Source: Amoebophrya sp. A120 (lineage: Eukaryota > Protista > Dinoflagellata). Taken from it: DNA of 64,000 nt. Below, in pieces: positions 30,224 to 41,106 of this stretch; the stretch's first letter is position 1, and each line of letters begins with the position of its first letter. The stretch spans positions 5,795,985 to 5,859,984 of the forward strand of contig CAJINV010000003.1 of NCBI GenBank assembly GCA_905178155.1. The letters run 5' to 3'. Below the pieces are notes generated by a model. The model did not search any database and was not told where the DNA came from. It saw nothing but the letters and a program-made list of their open reading frames with translations. Made by a program: the position numbers and the translations under genes.

Positions 30224-32751
30224 ATGGATCCGAGCATTGTGGTAGAGGAGCAGGGTCCCTTCGGTGGTTCTGATGATCCGGACGGGTTCTGGGGTCAGCA
30301 GGGCTCGCCGGTGGTGGAGGAGGAGCAGCAGCCGGAGGAGCAACTCCAATCCGAAATCGCGGAGCATGCGATGAACAATCCGTTCAGCGACGAGTTGCAG
30401 GGGCAAGAGGAGGAACCGCATCAACCAGTGGACGACGGCGCGTATTACCAACACGATGAAGTGGTGGATCATGCTAGCGCCGATCAGGAGCACCAGGCGG
30501 GTGGTACTATGGAGGCGGATGAACAGGACTTCATCCAGGTCGACGAGAACAACAACGTGGACGACCACGACCAGCAGCTCGTGTTGGAGGAGGCTGCTGC
30601 AAACGAAGGACAGGACCCTGAAGGCACGGGGCATGGTGCGGACGACCCGACCAATTTTGCTCCGGATAATTCCACCGAGCTGCACCCGTCCGGCGTGCAG
30701 CTCGTAGAAAACCCGGACAGCGCGGCAACGGGCGCGGCCGCAGGCGAGGGCACGCCCGTGACCTTGACCCCGTCGCGGGCGGGCAAGGGCGACATCGCGA
30801 CGTACCAGACGTTTTCTTCGGCCGGTCACAAGGGCGGTTCGTACAAGGGCGGAAAGGATCACGGGTCGTACAAGGACCACGGCGGGAAAGGCGGCAAGAA
30901 GTGGGGAAAAGGCGGAAAGAAGGACGACTTCAAGGGGAAGAAGGTGTTGATGAACCCAGGAGTGGGCCCGCACGGCCACCCCGTGGGTCCCCACGGCCAC
31001 CCGCCCCCCCAGACGGTGATCATTCACCATCCCGGACCGCCGATGAAGGGCGGGGCACCGCCGGCTCCGGCGTACCAGGTGATCGGGCCGCCGCCGCACC
31101 ACCTGAACGGCCCGGTGGTGCAGCAGCAGCCGCGCCACGCGGGACAGAAGGGCGGCCAGCAGAACGGCCCGTCCGCGCACTACGAGTACATACAAGCCGC
31201 GCCGGGAGCTCCTGCAACCACCTCTGTCCGGTACGAGTACCACAACAGTTCGCACCAGACAGCGCGCCACCACGCGACACAGAAAACGACTCACACGGTG
31301 ACCACCCTGACTGCGGAACAAATGAAGGACTTCTCCCTGCGCCGCCCGGACGCCTACGCGAAATTCTCAACGCATAACGTGCGCATGCACAACGGTACTC
31401 ATACAAGATTTTTGCAAGCTAACTTAGTTTTTGCTAAGGGTTTCTTGCTTTTCATCATCATGGTCCATCTGCAGCATCATGCCAATACAATATTTAGCAA
31501 CTACATCTAGAATTGTTGGAAGATAGAGCTGCAAAGAGGCTGAAAAAAAGCAACCTTCGGCCCCAGGTCTGTTCGAGATTTCGCTGTCCCGGTGCTGCCC
31601 CGAGAAGTTTTTCGCTGATTTTTTGGATTGTTTGCACTGCTGGCTGCAGAAGACCCATGGGGAAATCGGGCCGTACCACATCCGGTTGCTGGACGTTGGC
31701 GGAAACAAGTTGTCCAACTACGCGGTCCGGCTGCTGTGCGAGAAGCTGAAGGAGTGGCAGGTGCGCGTGGATTTGTTGAACCTGAGCGGGAACTGCCTGG
31801 ACCGGGTGGACGACCTGGTGAGCTACATGTGGTACAGCGAGCGCCCGCTGCTGGCGCTGGGGCTGAAGAACAACCGGCTGAAGTGCGACGAGGTGAACGC
31901 AGTGCTGCGGTGCTGCTACAACCACGAGAACTACCCCGCGAAGTCCGAGGACGGGCGGCGGTTCGTGCCGCTGCGGATCGAGTTGGAGGGCAACCCGTGC
32001 TCGGCCGAGCACGGCATGCTGCCGGAACTGTTTTCCGCCGTGCACTATGAATTGCAAATATGTCTGGGTCTGGAAGGTGGTAACTTGCCATGGTAAATCT
32101 GAAGGATACAAAAATCTATGTTGCATGAGTGCCGAAAGCTGTCCACTTTAGACCATTTTGGGAGGGAGTTTCTCATGCAGGATAGGCATGGCAGAGACCT
32201 CGCAGAGTCTGTCATGCTAAGTCCCGCATTCCAGACCTCATGGGTCATGGACAAGCTGCATGGGTCATGGACAATGGTATCTGGTATCTGGACAATCTGC
32301 ATGGCAAGTTTACACTCTTCCAGACCCGGACATTTTTGCACTTGATACGCACCGCCAGGGCAAGGTCCACATCTCCGCCGACGACTCGCCGACCCGGGAC
32401 TTGCCGGTGCACATGCCGCTCTACCTGGCGGTGCACTGCCCCGGGAGCTGCAGCTGGCGGCCGCCGCCGAAACTGGAACCACGAAAAGTCGCCCGGGCCA
32501 AACGCGACCGCGGCGAAAGGACGGAACGGGGGGAGCGAAGCGAACGAGGGGAACGGGGGGAGCGAGGGGAACGGGGTGAACAACGCGGGGAACGCGGAGA
32601 GCGAGGTGACCGCGGAGAGCGGGGGGAGCGCGCAGAACGCGCAGACCGGGGAGAACGCACAGAGCGCGAGGAGCGGGGACACAAACGTGAAAAAACCGAG
32701 GACCGTCGAGAGCAGGGCGCCACGAAGAAACGACGACACCGGGGGGAGTGA
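30224..32751 (+). CDS. Protein with an acidic N-terminus, GK/P/H-rich linker, RNI-like LRR domain and GER-repeat tail
   Basis: Exons 30224-31394, 31567-32045 and 32353-32751. LRR units LLDVGGNKL, LLNLSGNCL, LGLKNNRL and IELEGNPC. Confidence 0.8.
32046..32347. mobile_element. Family-A introner, 302 bp, TIR extending to about 60 bp, TSD TGCAC/CGCAC
   Basis: Left TATGAATTGCAAATATGTCTGGGTCTGGAA; right TTCCAGACCCGGACATTTTTGCACTTGATA. Removal gives FSAVH|RQGKVH. No GT/GC-AG pair. Confidence 0.93.
32509..32680 (+). repeat. Coding 9-bp tandem repeat (G-E-R tripeptide)
   Basis: Imperfect GGGGAACGN/GGGGAGCGN units encoding RGERTERGERSERGERGERGERGEQRGERGERGDRGERGER. Confidence 0.85.
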
Positions 32752-33640
32752 AAACAAAGATGAGTATCATGAATGTCGAGATAGGATCTTCAAAAAGTAT
32801 TAAAGTACGATACAGTTGTACTCCTGATCAGAGAAGAATAGCGACTGAAGTACTTATTCTAGCGACTATGTTTTGATGGCAAGAAGATGTTCATCTGGAG
32901 CAGCATCTCGAGTAGTTGTAGACTCACTGCGGCAGTAACAGTATCTTATGTGCTCTTGCTGACGTGGTCGAGTTCGAGGTCAACTTCAGGATGAGCTGGA
33001 AAGTAGACCCCGAAGGAACTTTAACGTGTGTCACGGCCACCGGAGAATCACCGAGCTAGCGGTAGGACGAGAGGTTTCCTTCAAAACCGAGAACAAAGTG
33101 AAGAAAAAGTAACTAATTTGCCCCGAATTACTCTCACCACTGACGAGCTTTTCAAAAATGTGAACCTGAAACTACTTACAACCGAAGCCGCCTGTGGCTA
33201 TCTGGTCCCAGCACACAGTAAAGGCGACTTTGAGCTGCATTTTCAGTGTTCCGTGCCGACATCCTCTGGTTTGGTGAGCTTTTCTGAGAACTGATGTTGT
33301 TGTCGCAATTAGTGCCTGCACAACATACAACCGTGTAGCTGCAGCTACTTACTTGGAATACTGAGCTGACTCGGAATTCGTGATGGAAAAGTACTACACG
33401 CAATCTTTCCACTTTCGATTGTATCTTACACGACGAATCCAACGTGGAGGTAGGGTAAAAAATAGAAATCTAAAACATTTAAGGCGGGTGAAACCAACAT
33501 GGTCGCAGTATCAATAACAGTAAGGCAGCACGCGCAGCAGGAGAAACCTCGGCCCAGAAGATAGCACAAGAAGAACAACGCTTTCCATTTTGTATCGCTC
33601 GGCCTTCGGGAACACGAACAACCCAACTAGAAACTGGACG

Positions 33641-35218
33641 ATGCCGGCGGTGGTTCCAGTGATGGGTAGTACGGGTCACCCTCCGCAGTTGGGTGGATTC
33701 GAGAGGCAATGCGCCACCCTGTTGGACTGGAGCAATTACTACTTCGGTGCGGACAAGGAGACGAAGCTAGCGCAGATGGCGAGCGAGTTGCTGCGACAGC
33801 TGGCCACGCAGCCCTCCGGCGCGCTGCGCGAAGAGGATTTGCTGTCGCTGCGTGGGCGCGCGCTCTCCGTCACGGACCCCGACCAGGCTACGGCGCTGTT
33901 GGAGCGCGGCCTTCGTCGCAACCCCCTGTCCCAGGCGAGCTGGACCTGCCTGGGCGAGCTCTACTTCGGCAAGGGCGAAGTTGAAAAGGCGTGCACGTGC
34001 TTCCACAACAGTTTGGATTTCACCGGCGAGAGCGCAACCATCTGCCGAAATCTTTCGATCGTGCTGCGCAAAATGGAGCGACCCAATACTTCCCAAGCCC
34101 AACACCATGTAGCTGTTGGCAACGGCGCGGCCCCCATCCCGGGGAAGAGGCAGTCGAGTCGGTCTCTCGAGTGGGCTCAGCGCGCTGTGGAGATTGACCC
34201 CGATGACCTGCTGAACTGGGAAGGACTTGGAAATTTCCACTTGGACCGGTTTGGCCAGCGGAATACTACAGATTCTCTTCAGAAGGCAGCCGAAGCGTAC
34301 GAACGAGCAGCGATTCTAGGTGCGATTGGTGTTTTGGCACTTGCTATTCGTAAATCTGATATGTAAAAATACCAGCGATGTTTATTTTGATCTTCGAGAA
34401 CGGCCGTGATTCTGGCTCTGGGATTCGTCTGGCAACGACCAGGTCGAGCCGGAACACTATCGGTGATAATTAAGTTCAGCAAAGTAGGGAGCTTAATAAA
34501 ATAAGCGATGCTCCTTTTTCCACAATTAAACTCTTCAGATAGAGCGTCCACATGGGGCCGATCACCAACGCTTTACCACAATCTCGGACTGGTGAAGCTT
34601 TTTTCTCTTAATTTCGGCGAGTCGTACGACGCGTTTGAGGTCTGCGCCCGCACTGTTTCGCAGTACGCAGAGCAAGCGAAAAACCAAATGCGGACCATTC
34701 TGGAAATTGCCAAAGCTCTGGACGAGCACGTGAATCAGAAGGGACGCATGCGCGCGTCCCGTTTGCAGAGCGTGGCGAAACACCTGAAGGAGCACTGCAC
34801 GAAGCGGTCGGCAAGTACGAAGTCGGACAACCGGGCTGTTTTTGGAGGGTGGCGCGAATGCGTAGAGGGAGACGCCGCGGACAGCTGCCGAGATCCGGAC
34901 AAAAAGAAAAGGCAAGTACTCACGGTGAAGATCGTGCACAAAATCGAAGTGGACGTGCCAGTTCTGCTGATCTGCGTGGACCAGAACCAAGAGTTTTTCG
35001 TTCTGGCTTTGTCGGGCACGGACGCGAACCAACTGATGAAGAAGGTGAAGCTGGGCGAGAGCATCGTCGAGGTTACGCATTTTGAAAAGCGCCCGCTCGT
35101 GTACAACAAGGAAGACAACTGCCGTTCGTGGAACTGCGTTCACGTGCAGGAACCGAAGCACCTCAGCCTCGACGGACATCACCTGGGGAACTTAGCGATT
35201 TCAAGTTTGAATGATTGA
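33641..35218 (+). CDS. TTC5: Tetratricopeptide repeat protein 5-like (TPR repeats plus C-terminal OB fold)
   Basis: LRGRALSV...ALLERGLRRNP...SWTCLGELYFGKGEVEKACTCF...RNLSIVLR; SPTLYHN; QKGRMRASRL; VPVLLICVD. GT-AG intron 34320-34538. Confidence 0.82.
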
Positions 35219-35652
35219 TGGCGTCGTTTGCTGCCCACAGCAGAGTGAAGACCGATTCTTCCGTGAAGTGATAGTCCTACCTGCAAGACTAATATGTGCG
35301 TTTGACGACGTGTAGCCGTGCTGTTACATGGTTCTGAGTACGTGCTAAGGTCATGGTTAAAACTGGCCGCACGTCTACCCGCACATCGCCCCGGATGTCG
35401 CATGGCACAAGCTGCTTGACGTGGTGCGGAAGTCGTGCGCTGCGTAGATTGGTGTGAAAGTCCGAAAGAAGCATTGCGTCTTTGCATCATACCTGGCACA
35501 GCAGCTGTTGCTCGCCGCCCGGTTAGGGCTCTGTGTTCATCTCGGCGCAGCGTGCTTTTTGCTTCCCGTTTCTTTCTGGTACGTACTTACTTAAGTATAT
35601 ACGTTTTCCTCCTTGAGTCAGAAAAGGCTCGCAAAGCTGTAGCGCATTGAAA

Positions 35653-36312
35653 ATGTCCGCTGTCGGTGGTGTTTTGCGTTATGTTTCCCCGCACAGTGTG
35701 AAGGTGCGGGGTCTCCCTTTCCACACGACAAAGCAGGACATCGTGGAATTCTTCCAAAAATGGAGCACACTGAGTCCATCTGCAGTTGTATTTCCACACC
35801 AGTTCTACCGAGGTGGCTTTTCGAACCTGCAGCGGGCCAACCCAACAGGCCCCCAAGACAGATTGTCGCTCAGCGCGAGAGGACGTGCCGACTCTTCATC
35901 TTCCCTCTCCTCTTCTACAGTGGGTCGTGGCGGCAGTGTCACATCAAACGCAAGGGGAAGCATTGATGACGATTTGCTAAACTACACAAATAGCGGCCTG
36001 GCTTATGTGATGTTTGAGCGCCCCCAGGACTGTCACGCAGCGGTGGACCAATGTGACAAATGTTGGTTCCGAGATCAACGAAAAGTGGATGTTCTCGAGG
36101 TCGCGCAGCATCTGAAACGCGAATTTTTGGATCACACATTGAAAGACCCGTACGAAATCACAATGCAGAGCGAGGTCGACAAGGCCAAACGCATGGAAAT
36201 CGGGAGGAAACAAAAGGACTTGGTACTGCAACGGCGGCAGTGGATCAAGTACGATCAGAGCGGGCGGCGGTACGCCCGCCAAGACAACATCGCACCCTTT
36301 TACACTCATTGA
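35653..36312 (+). CDS. Single quasi-RRM (hnRNP F/H, GRSF1-type) RNA-binding protein
   Basis: VKVRGLPFHTTKQDIVEFF ... SGLAYVMFE...AAV...RKVDV, with a Ser/Gly-rich insertion between the RNP motifs. Confidence 0.78.
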   Translation: MSAVGGVLRYVSPHSVKVRGLPFHTTKQDIVEFFQKWSTLSPSAVVFPHQFYRGGFSNLQRANPTGPQDRLSLSARGRADSSSSLSSSTVGRGGSVTSNARGSIDDDLLNYTNSGLAYVMFERPQDCHAAVDQCDKCWFRDQRKVDVLEVAQHLKREFLDHTLKDPYEITMQSEVDKAKRMEIGRKQKDLVLQRRQWIKYDQSGRRYARQDNIAPFYTH

Positions 36313-36697
36313 GTTTACGACCTCTCAGACTCCTTGCTTTTGCTGGCAGAAAGATGTTGAACTTATGTAGTACCAGTAGCTTCTTCCATCAATGGAAACC
36401 GTCGAATATTCTGCACCGTGGCATTCGCATCAATCTCTAAGAGCGGCGTTGTTCGAATAAGGCTACACTGTATGTTTGCCTTTCGTCGTGGTCGTGTCCG
36501 ATAGAATGTCACTGAGGTCTACAAATCTTTTTCACGTGCAATAATCGCTTGAAGATGATCCATAGATTTTCTCGGGTAGCCGCGGGGAGAGCCTGCCAAC
36601 GGCACGGCGAGATGCGGGAAAAATGCCTTTCCCTTTACTTCACTGATACCGAGCCTCTCGCATCGTCGTAGCCGGTTCGTTCACGGCCGCGTTCAAA

Positions 36698-39600
36698 ATG
36701 GTAGTGCCCCCGTATATTCCTTTCAAAACATTTCTTCTTTCCTCTTTTTTCTTGCTGCTCTTGCAGCTGTGCCTGCTCCACACGCAAGCCTCGGCGGTTG
36801 CACCACCCGAAGACCAGTGCGACTTCGATCGCGGCGATGCTGGGTTCAGACTGCCCGTCGCGGATGCCGCGTCCCCATCCACGCTCCACTTGTTGCGCTG
36901 TTACGAGGAAATGGGCCAGAACTTTGACCATTTACTCGGTGTTTCAGAGCAGGACGAAGATGGGCGGAGCAGCGGCGAGGACAACTGGGACCAGCATGTG
37001 GAAACGTGTTGTCCGTTTCCGAAACTGTACGAGCTGAGCTTGTGGGTGGAGTCGTCGGTGGAGCACGAACGCGAGATGCTGAAGAAGCCGTTGCCGCAGA
37101 TCAATACCAAGGGGCACATGTGCGAGCGGGCCATCCGGAACAGCTTCGACGTGTTGCTGCACGCCGGGGACGAGTTTCGCAAGCTGATTCGCGAGGCGTT
37201 GCCGCTGATGGCGGAGCTGGCGCGCGAGCTTTCGTGTCAGCGCTGCGTCCCGGGCTACACCCAGTTTCTGAAGCAGCACAAGCAACGCTCCGGCCTGCCC
37301 ATGTTCTTCAAGTTGGTACACTCCATGGAAAGCGGCCTGCTGAACCTCGCACACACACTGTACAACCCTGCGGAAACCGAGGTGCCCTCAACGGACGGAG
37401 ACTTCATCTGCCCCACCTACACCCAGCCGGTTTCGGGCCTCCTACGGAAACTGGACGCCAGCGGGGTCGTGGGCGGCCGGCCGGATGCGATCGCCGCGTA
37501 CCACGAGGGACACGACCAGATTGCGCGGCTGCACGACACGCAGCTGGCCGCGTACCCCGAGGGGCTGCAACAGGTGCTCGAGGGCTTCGTCACGGCGCTG
37601 AGCTACCCGTACTCGGTCGTCACGCAGGAGGTTTTCCTGCGGAACCTGGGCTGGGAAAAGATGTTGCGGGGACAGATCGACGAGGACCACCGCATGTGGG
37701 GAAACGTGGTGCACGAGAAGTCGCGGCTCTACGGCAACTGGCGCACGTCCGCGGCGGCTGCGGCGCACCTCGATCAGTCTGGCTTCCCGGTGGTGTTCAA
37801 GGATCAAGGTATAATTGATGATGGTCGTGTGCGGCCAGTGGTAGAGCACGACCAGGTGCGCGCCCAGTGTTCGTCCGTTCCAAGCGGAGGTGGAAAAAGC
37901 GCTCCGAGAGGCGAAGGAGATCAGGACGTGGCGGAAGGCCTGTTTGTGCTGATTTCCAATCGCACGAGTGACGCTTTGGTGGATAAGCTCGCGGGAGAAA
38001 TGTTCCAAGAAAGCCGCCCGACGCTGATTTTGGAAGAGGTTGTGGGCGACGGCATGGAGGCACTGGGCAGGGATTGCCACGGGACCGCGGAGAGCCGCTT
38101 TTGTCTGCGGCCCATGCACGCATCAGGCTTGAAATCCCTACTGCGGGACAAGACGAATGTGCAAGTGGTGTGGAAGCGGCATGCAAACTCGTTTCATCTC
38201 GCGGATGAGGATAGTTTGTTGAACGCAAAAACGAAAAGAAAGCCCGCTGGGACGGTGCGACAGCAGGTCGTGCAGCAGCTCCTTTTGGATCGCTTTGCCG
38301 CCGATCCGAGCCAGTCGTTAGAGCAGCACGCGTCTGCGGCCTTGGGGCATCAGCAGGTGATTGCAACGCCACTGCTGCGGGGGTACTTCGACCACCAGAT
38401 GGGCAGCCGAGGGAATTTCGTCGATACGCTGCGAGTAGTAGACTTGCGCGCGCCCGATTTCCAGCGCCTGGTCGGCGGTTTCGCGGCAGCGCATGAGGAT
38501 CACAACCACGACGAGCAGCATCCCGGCCATCACACCGCTTGGGCGGACACGTTTTTGCCAGGAACCGGCGTGAAGTCACCTGCTTTCTGCAAGCCAGGTC
38601 TGCCGCTGCCGACGCAGGCGGAACTAGACAGGTATGCAGAATGGCATGCCGAGAACCCGGCGGGTGCGAAGCGCCTCGTGGTGGTCTGCCTGCCCTTCAG
38701 CCAATGCGGTGGCCACGGCGACCGCGTGAACGGACTGCTCACGCTTTTCCTCCTCGCGCTGATTACCAAGCGGCGGTTCCTGATCCTCAGCTCCAACCCC
38801 GTGGACTGGCATTCGGTCTTCGCTCCCAACCGCATCGACTGGCGCACCGAAATCGGGCAGATCTCGCTGACTAATGTGCGCACCTACTTCGACAAGCGAT
38901 ACGGGTTCCGCGAAGACTTAGACCGCATTCTAGCGTCCCCGGCACAAACGCTGCTGCTGCGCGTGAACAACCGCATTGTGAAGTCGCTGTACGGTGAGGG
39001 ATGCGATTTGCAAGCACCCTTTCTCGTGAGCCGAGTGATGCAGTTTCTGTTCTCCCCGAACATTTATTTGGAACAAACCATTAACGAGACGGCCGAGGAA
39101 CTGGGGTTGTTCGCACCACAGTATAATTCTGGTAGTACTTCTAGCGGAACTACGACGAGCGGCGAGCCGCGGCCGGCGGCTGTCAAGACAAGTACGGACA
39201 ATATGGAGAATCTGTTAGTTCCCTACATCAGCATACACTACCGCACGGGAGACATCGCGTTCGACCCTCATCGGCACAACTCGTCCTTGGCCGGTTTTGT
39301 GCAGTGCGCGTACCAAATCGAGCGAGAGCTCGGACTGCCGCCGGAAACTCCTTGGGTGCTGCATGCAGATAGCCTCAGACAGGTGCCCGAGTCGTGGTAC
39401 CTCGCAGCGGCAGAGAAATACGAAGATTTCCTGAACGAACAGGAAAAGGAGAAGCAGCAATTCCTCATCGACCAGCGCCAGGAGGAAAGGCAAGCAGCGC
39501 AAGAAATTGACGCGAAACTGCTTGCCAAAGACGCGCCGCTTCTGCCACCACGTACTAATGTTGAAATTCAAATTTGGACAATTGGACTGCACATGTACGT

Positions 39601-40015
39601 ATTATACTAGTTTCACGTACAAGTTAGTAGTCCTTTTTCTGCTTTTCGATTAGGAAGTGTTGCCTATGCAGCGAGAGGTCTGATGTTTACATAACAAACG
39701 CTCACGACAGCACTTGCAAGCAGTCTACCAGCAAAAGGCGTCGGGGCGCACGGTGCCGTTCCTGCAGCAGAAGACTTTGCTCGAAGGAAGCTGCGTGTTC
39801 CGAGGGGACTGGGGCGGGTGCACATTGACCGCTCGGAGTTTCAGCCGGGTGTCAAAGGATTTCAGAACGCGTTTGCAGAGTGGTATCTGGTGTCACAAGC
39901 CCGTGCGGTTTTACTTTCGCGGAGCTTCTTTGCTGAAACTGCTGCGGAAATCGGGCGAATTCGGGATGCCTACTTCATCACGGGGTGCGTCAAAATGGAT
40001 TTGTCCAGTAGCTAA
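36698..40015 (+). CDS. Signal-anchored GT-B glycosyltransferase of the alpha-1,2/1,6-/O-fucosyltransferase-like superfamily
   Basis: Hydrophobic N-terminus. CGGHGDRVNGL..LFLLALITKRRF; YISIHYRTGD (HxRxGD GDP-sugar motif); VHIDRS...AFAEWYLVSQARAVLLSRSFFAETAA. GT-AG intron 39552-39710. Confidence 0.75.
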
Positions 40016-40450
40016 TCCTCACCCCAATCTACTTCCGGAGTCGCAGGCTTTCCTTGTGTCACTTTCCCTATGTACTTATCCTACATGAGAATTCAGATTT
40101 TCACCTGGACTACTGTCAGCAGAGAATATAGCAAGAACTACGTCGGTATCGGTAGTGGCTACACCGTCAGCAGGCGCTCGCTTTCTTTGCTTGCAAGATG
40201 GAGCAACAGCAGCATGAAACAATGTAGAACGCTGGCGTTTTCTCGTCTCAGCCACGAATCTCAGCACCATCATGACCCATGTTGTTCGAAAAGGTTCACC
40301 AATTTTTGTTTTACGGGTTGGTGAAGATAAACGAGTCGGTCTTCTCATCTATCTGAGTTTGATTTTTGGGCGACTTCGATTTCCACTTCAATGTAAAAAA
40401 CTAGCCGCTTACTACATTGACTTATTCTGTTTTCCATTCTCCTTCAAAGT

Positions 40451-40720
40451 ATGGTGGATGCCGGAGCTGCCGAGTCTTCGTGTCCCGCCCACACAAAAAA
40501 GCGTGAAGCCGTGCCGCCTTTCTTTCCTATGGTTCGCAAGGGTTGTGAAGACGTCAGTACGAAGCTGTTCCAGTGCTTGGGAAGGGCAGAGGCGGGCGAC
40601 CGGCTAGAAGGAGAGGAGGTGTTGGCAAAGTGTGACTTTACGGAGTACGAGCAGTGCTTTCATCAGTCTCTCGCAAAGGGACCGATGCCCATGGTCAAAG
40701 TGTCCTTTGACAAAAGCTAG
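40451..40720 (+). CDS. Small twin-Cys (CHCH-like) protein
   Basis: 89 aa with CEDVSTKLFQC (Cx9C) and CDFTEYEQC (Cx7C). Mitochondrial intermembrane-space location is inferred. Confidence 0.55.
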   Translation: MVDAGAAESSCPAHTKKREAVPPFFPMVRKGCEDVSTKLFQCLGRAEAGDRLEGEEVLAKCDFTEYEQCFHQSLAKGPMPMVKVSFDKS

Positions 40721-41106
40721 GATGAGACGAATTTTTCGTGAAGTATGAGTATCCAAGTTCCGAAATTTGCTTTTAAAGATGCAAAGCATTGCTGTTAATA
40801 AGGACGTCGGCAATACGTATTGCTCCCACGTGCTCAGCCACAGTGAGGGGACGGCTCCATCTCTCTCCTACCTGTTCTCATCTTGGAATGTGAGTCTAAG
40901 AATTTCAGTTTGATGGGCACTCATAGATAGAGCGCAATCACGTAATATCATCGTGCGCGTGACTGTGACAGTGACCGCTGTGACAGGGTTCGCTTTCCAG
41001 GTGACGTGAAAACCTAGACCGTTCATCATTGTGCTGAAAGGGTCAATTTGAAGAACTTTCTGGCTCTGAGTGTGACAGATTCATCGCGAGTGCCCACTGA
41101 AAATTG

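Noticed and set aside
2875-32347. Recurring 30-bp sequence read as a CRISPR repeat or REP element
   Set aside because: Copies occur as inverted pairs 250-300 bp apart, kilobases from each other, inside eukaryotic genes. There is no spacer array and no cas gene.
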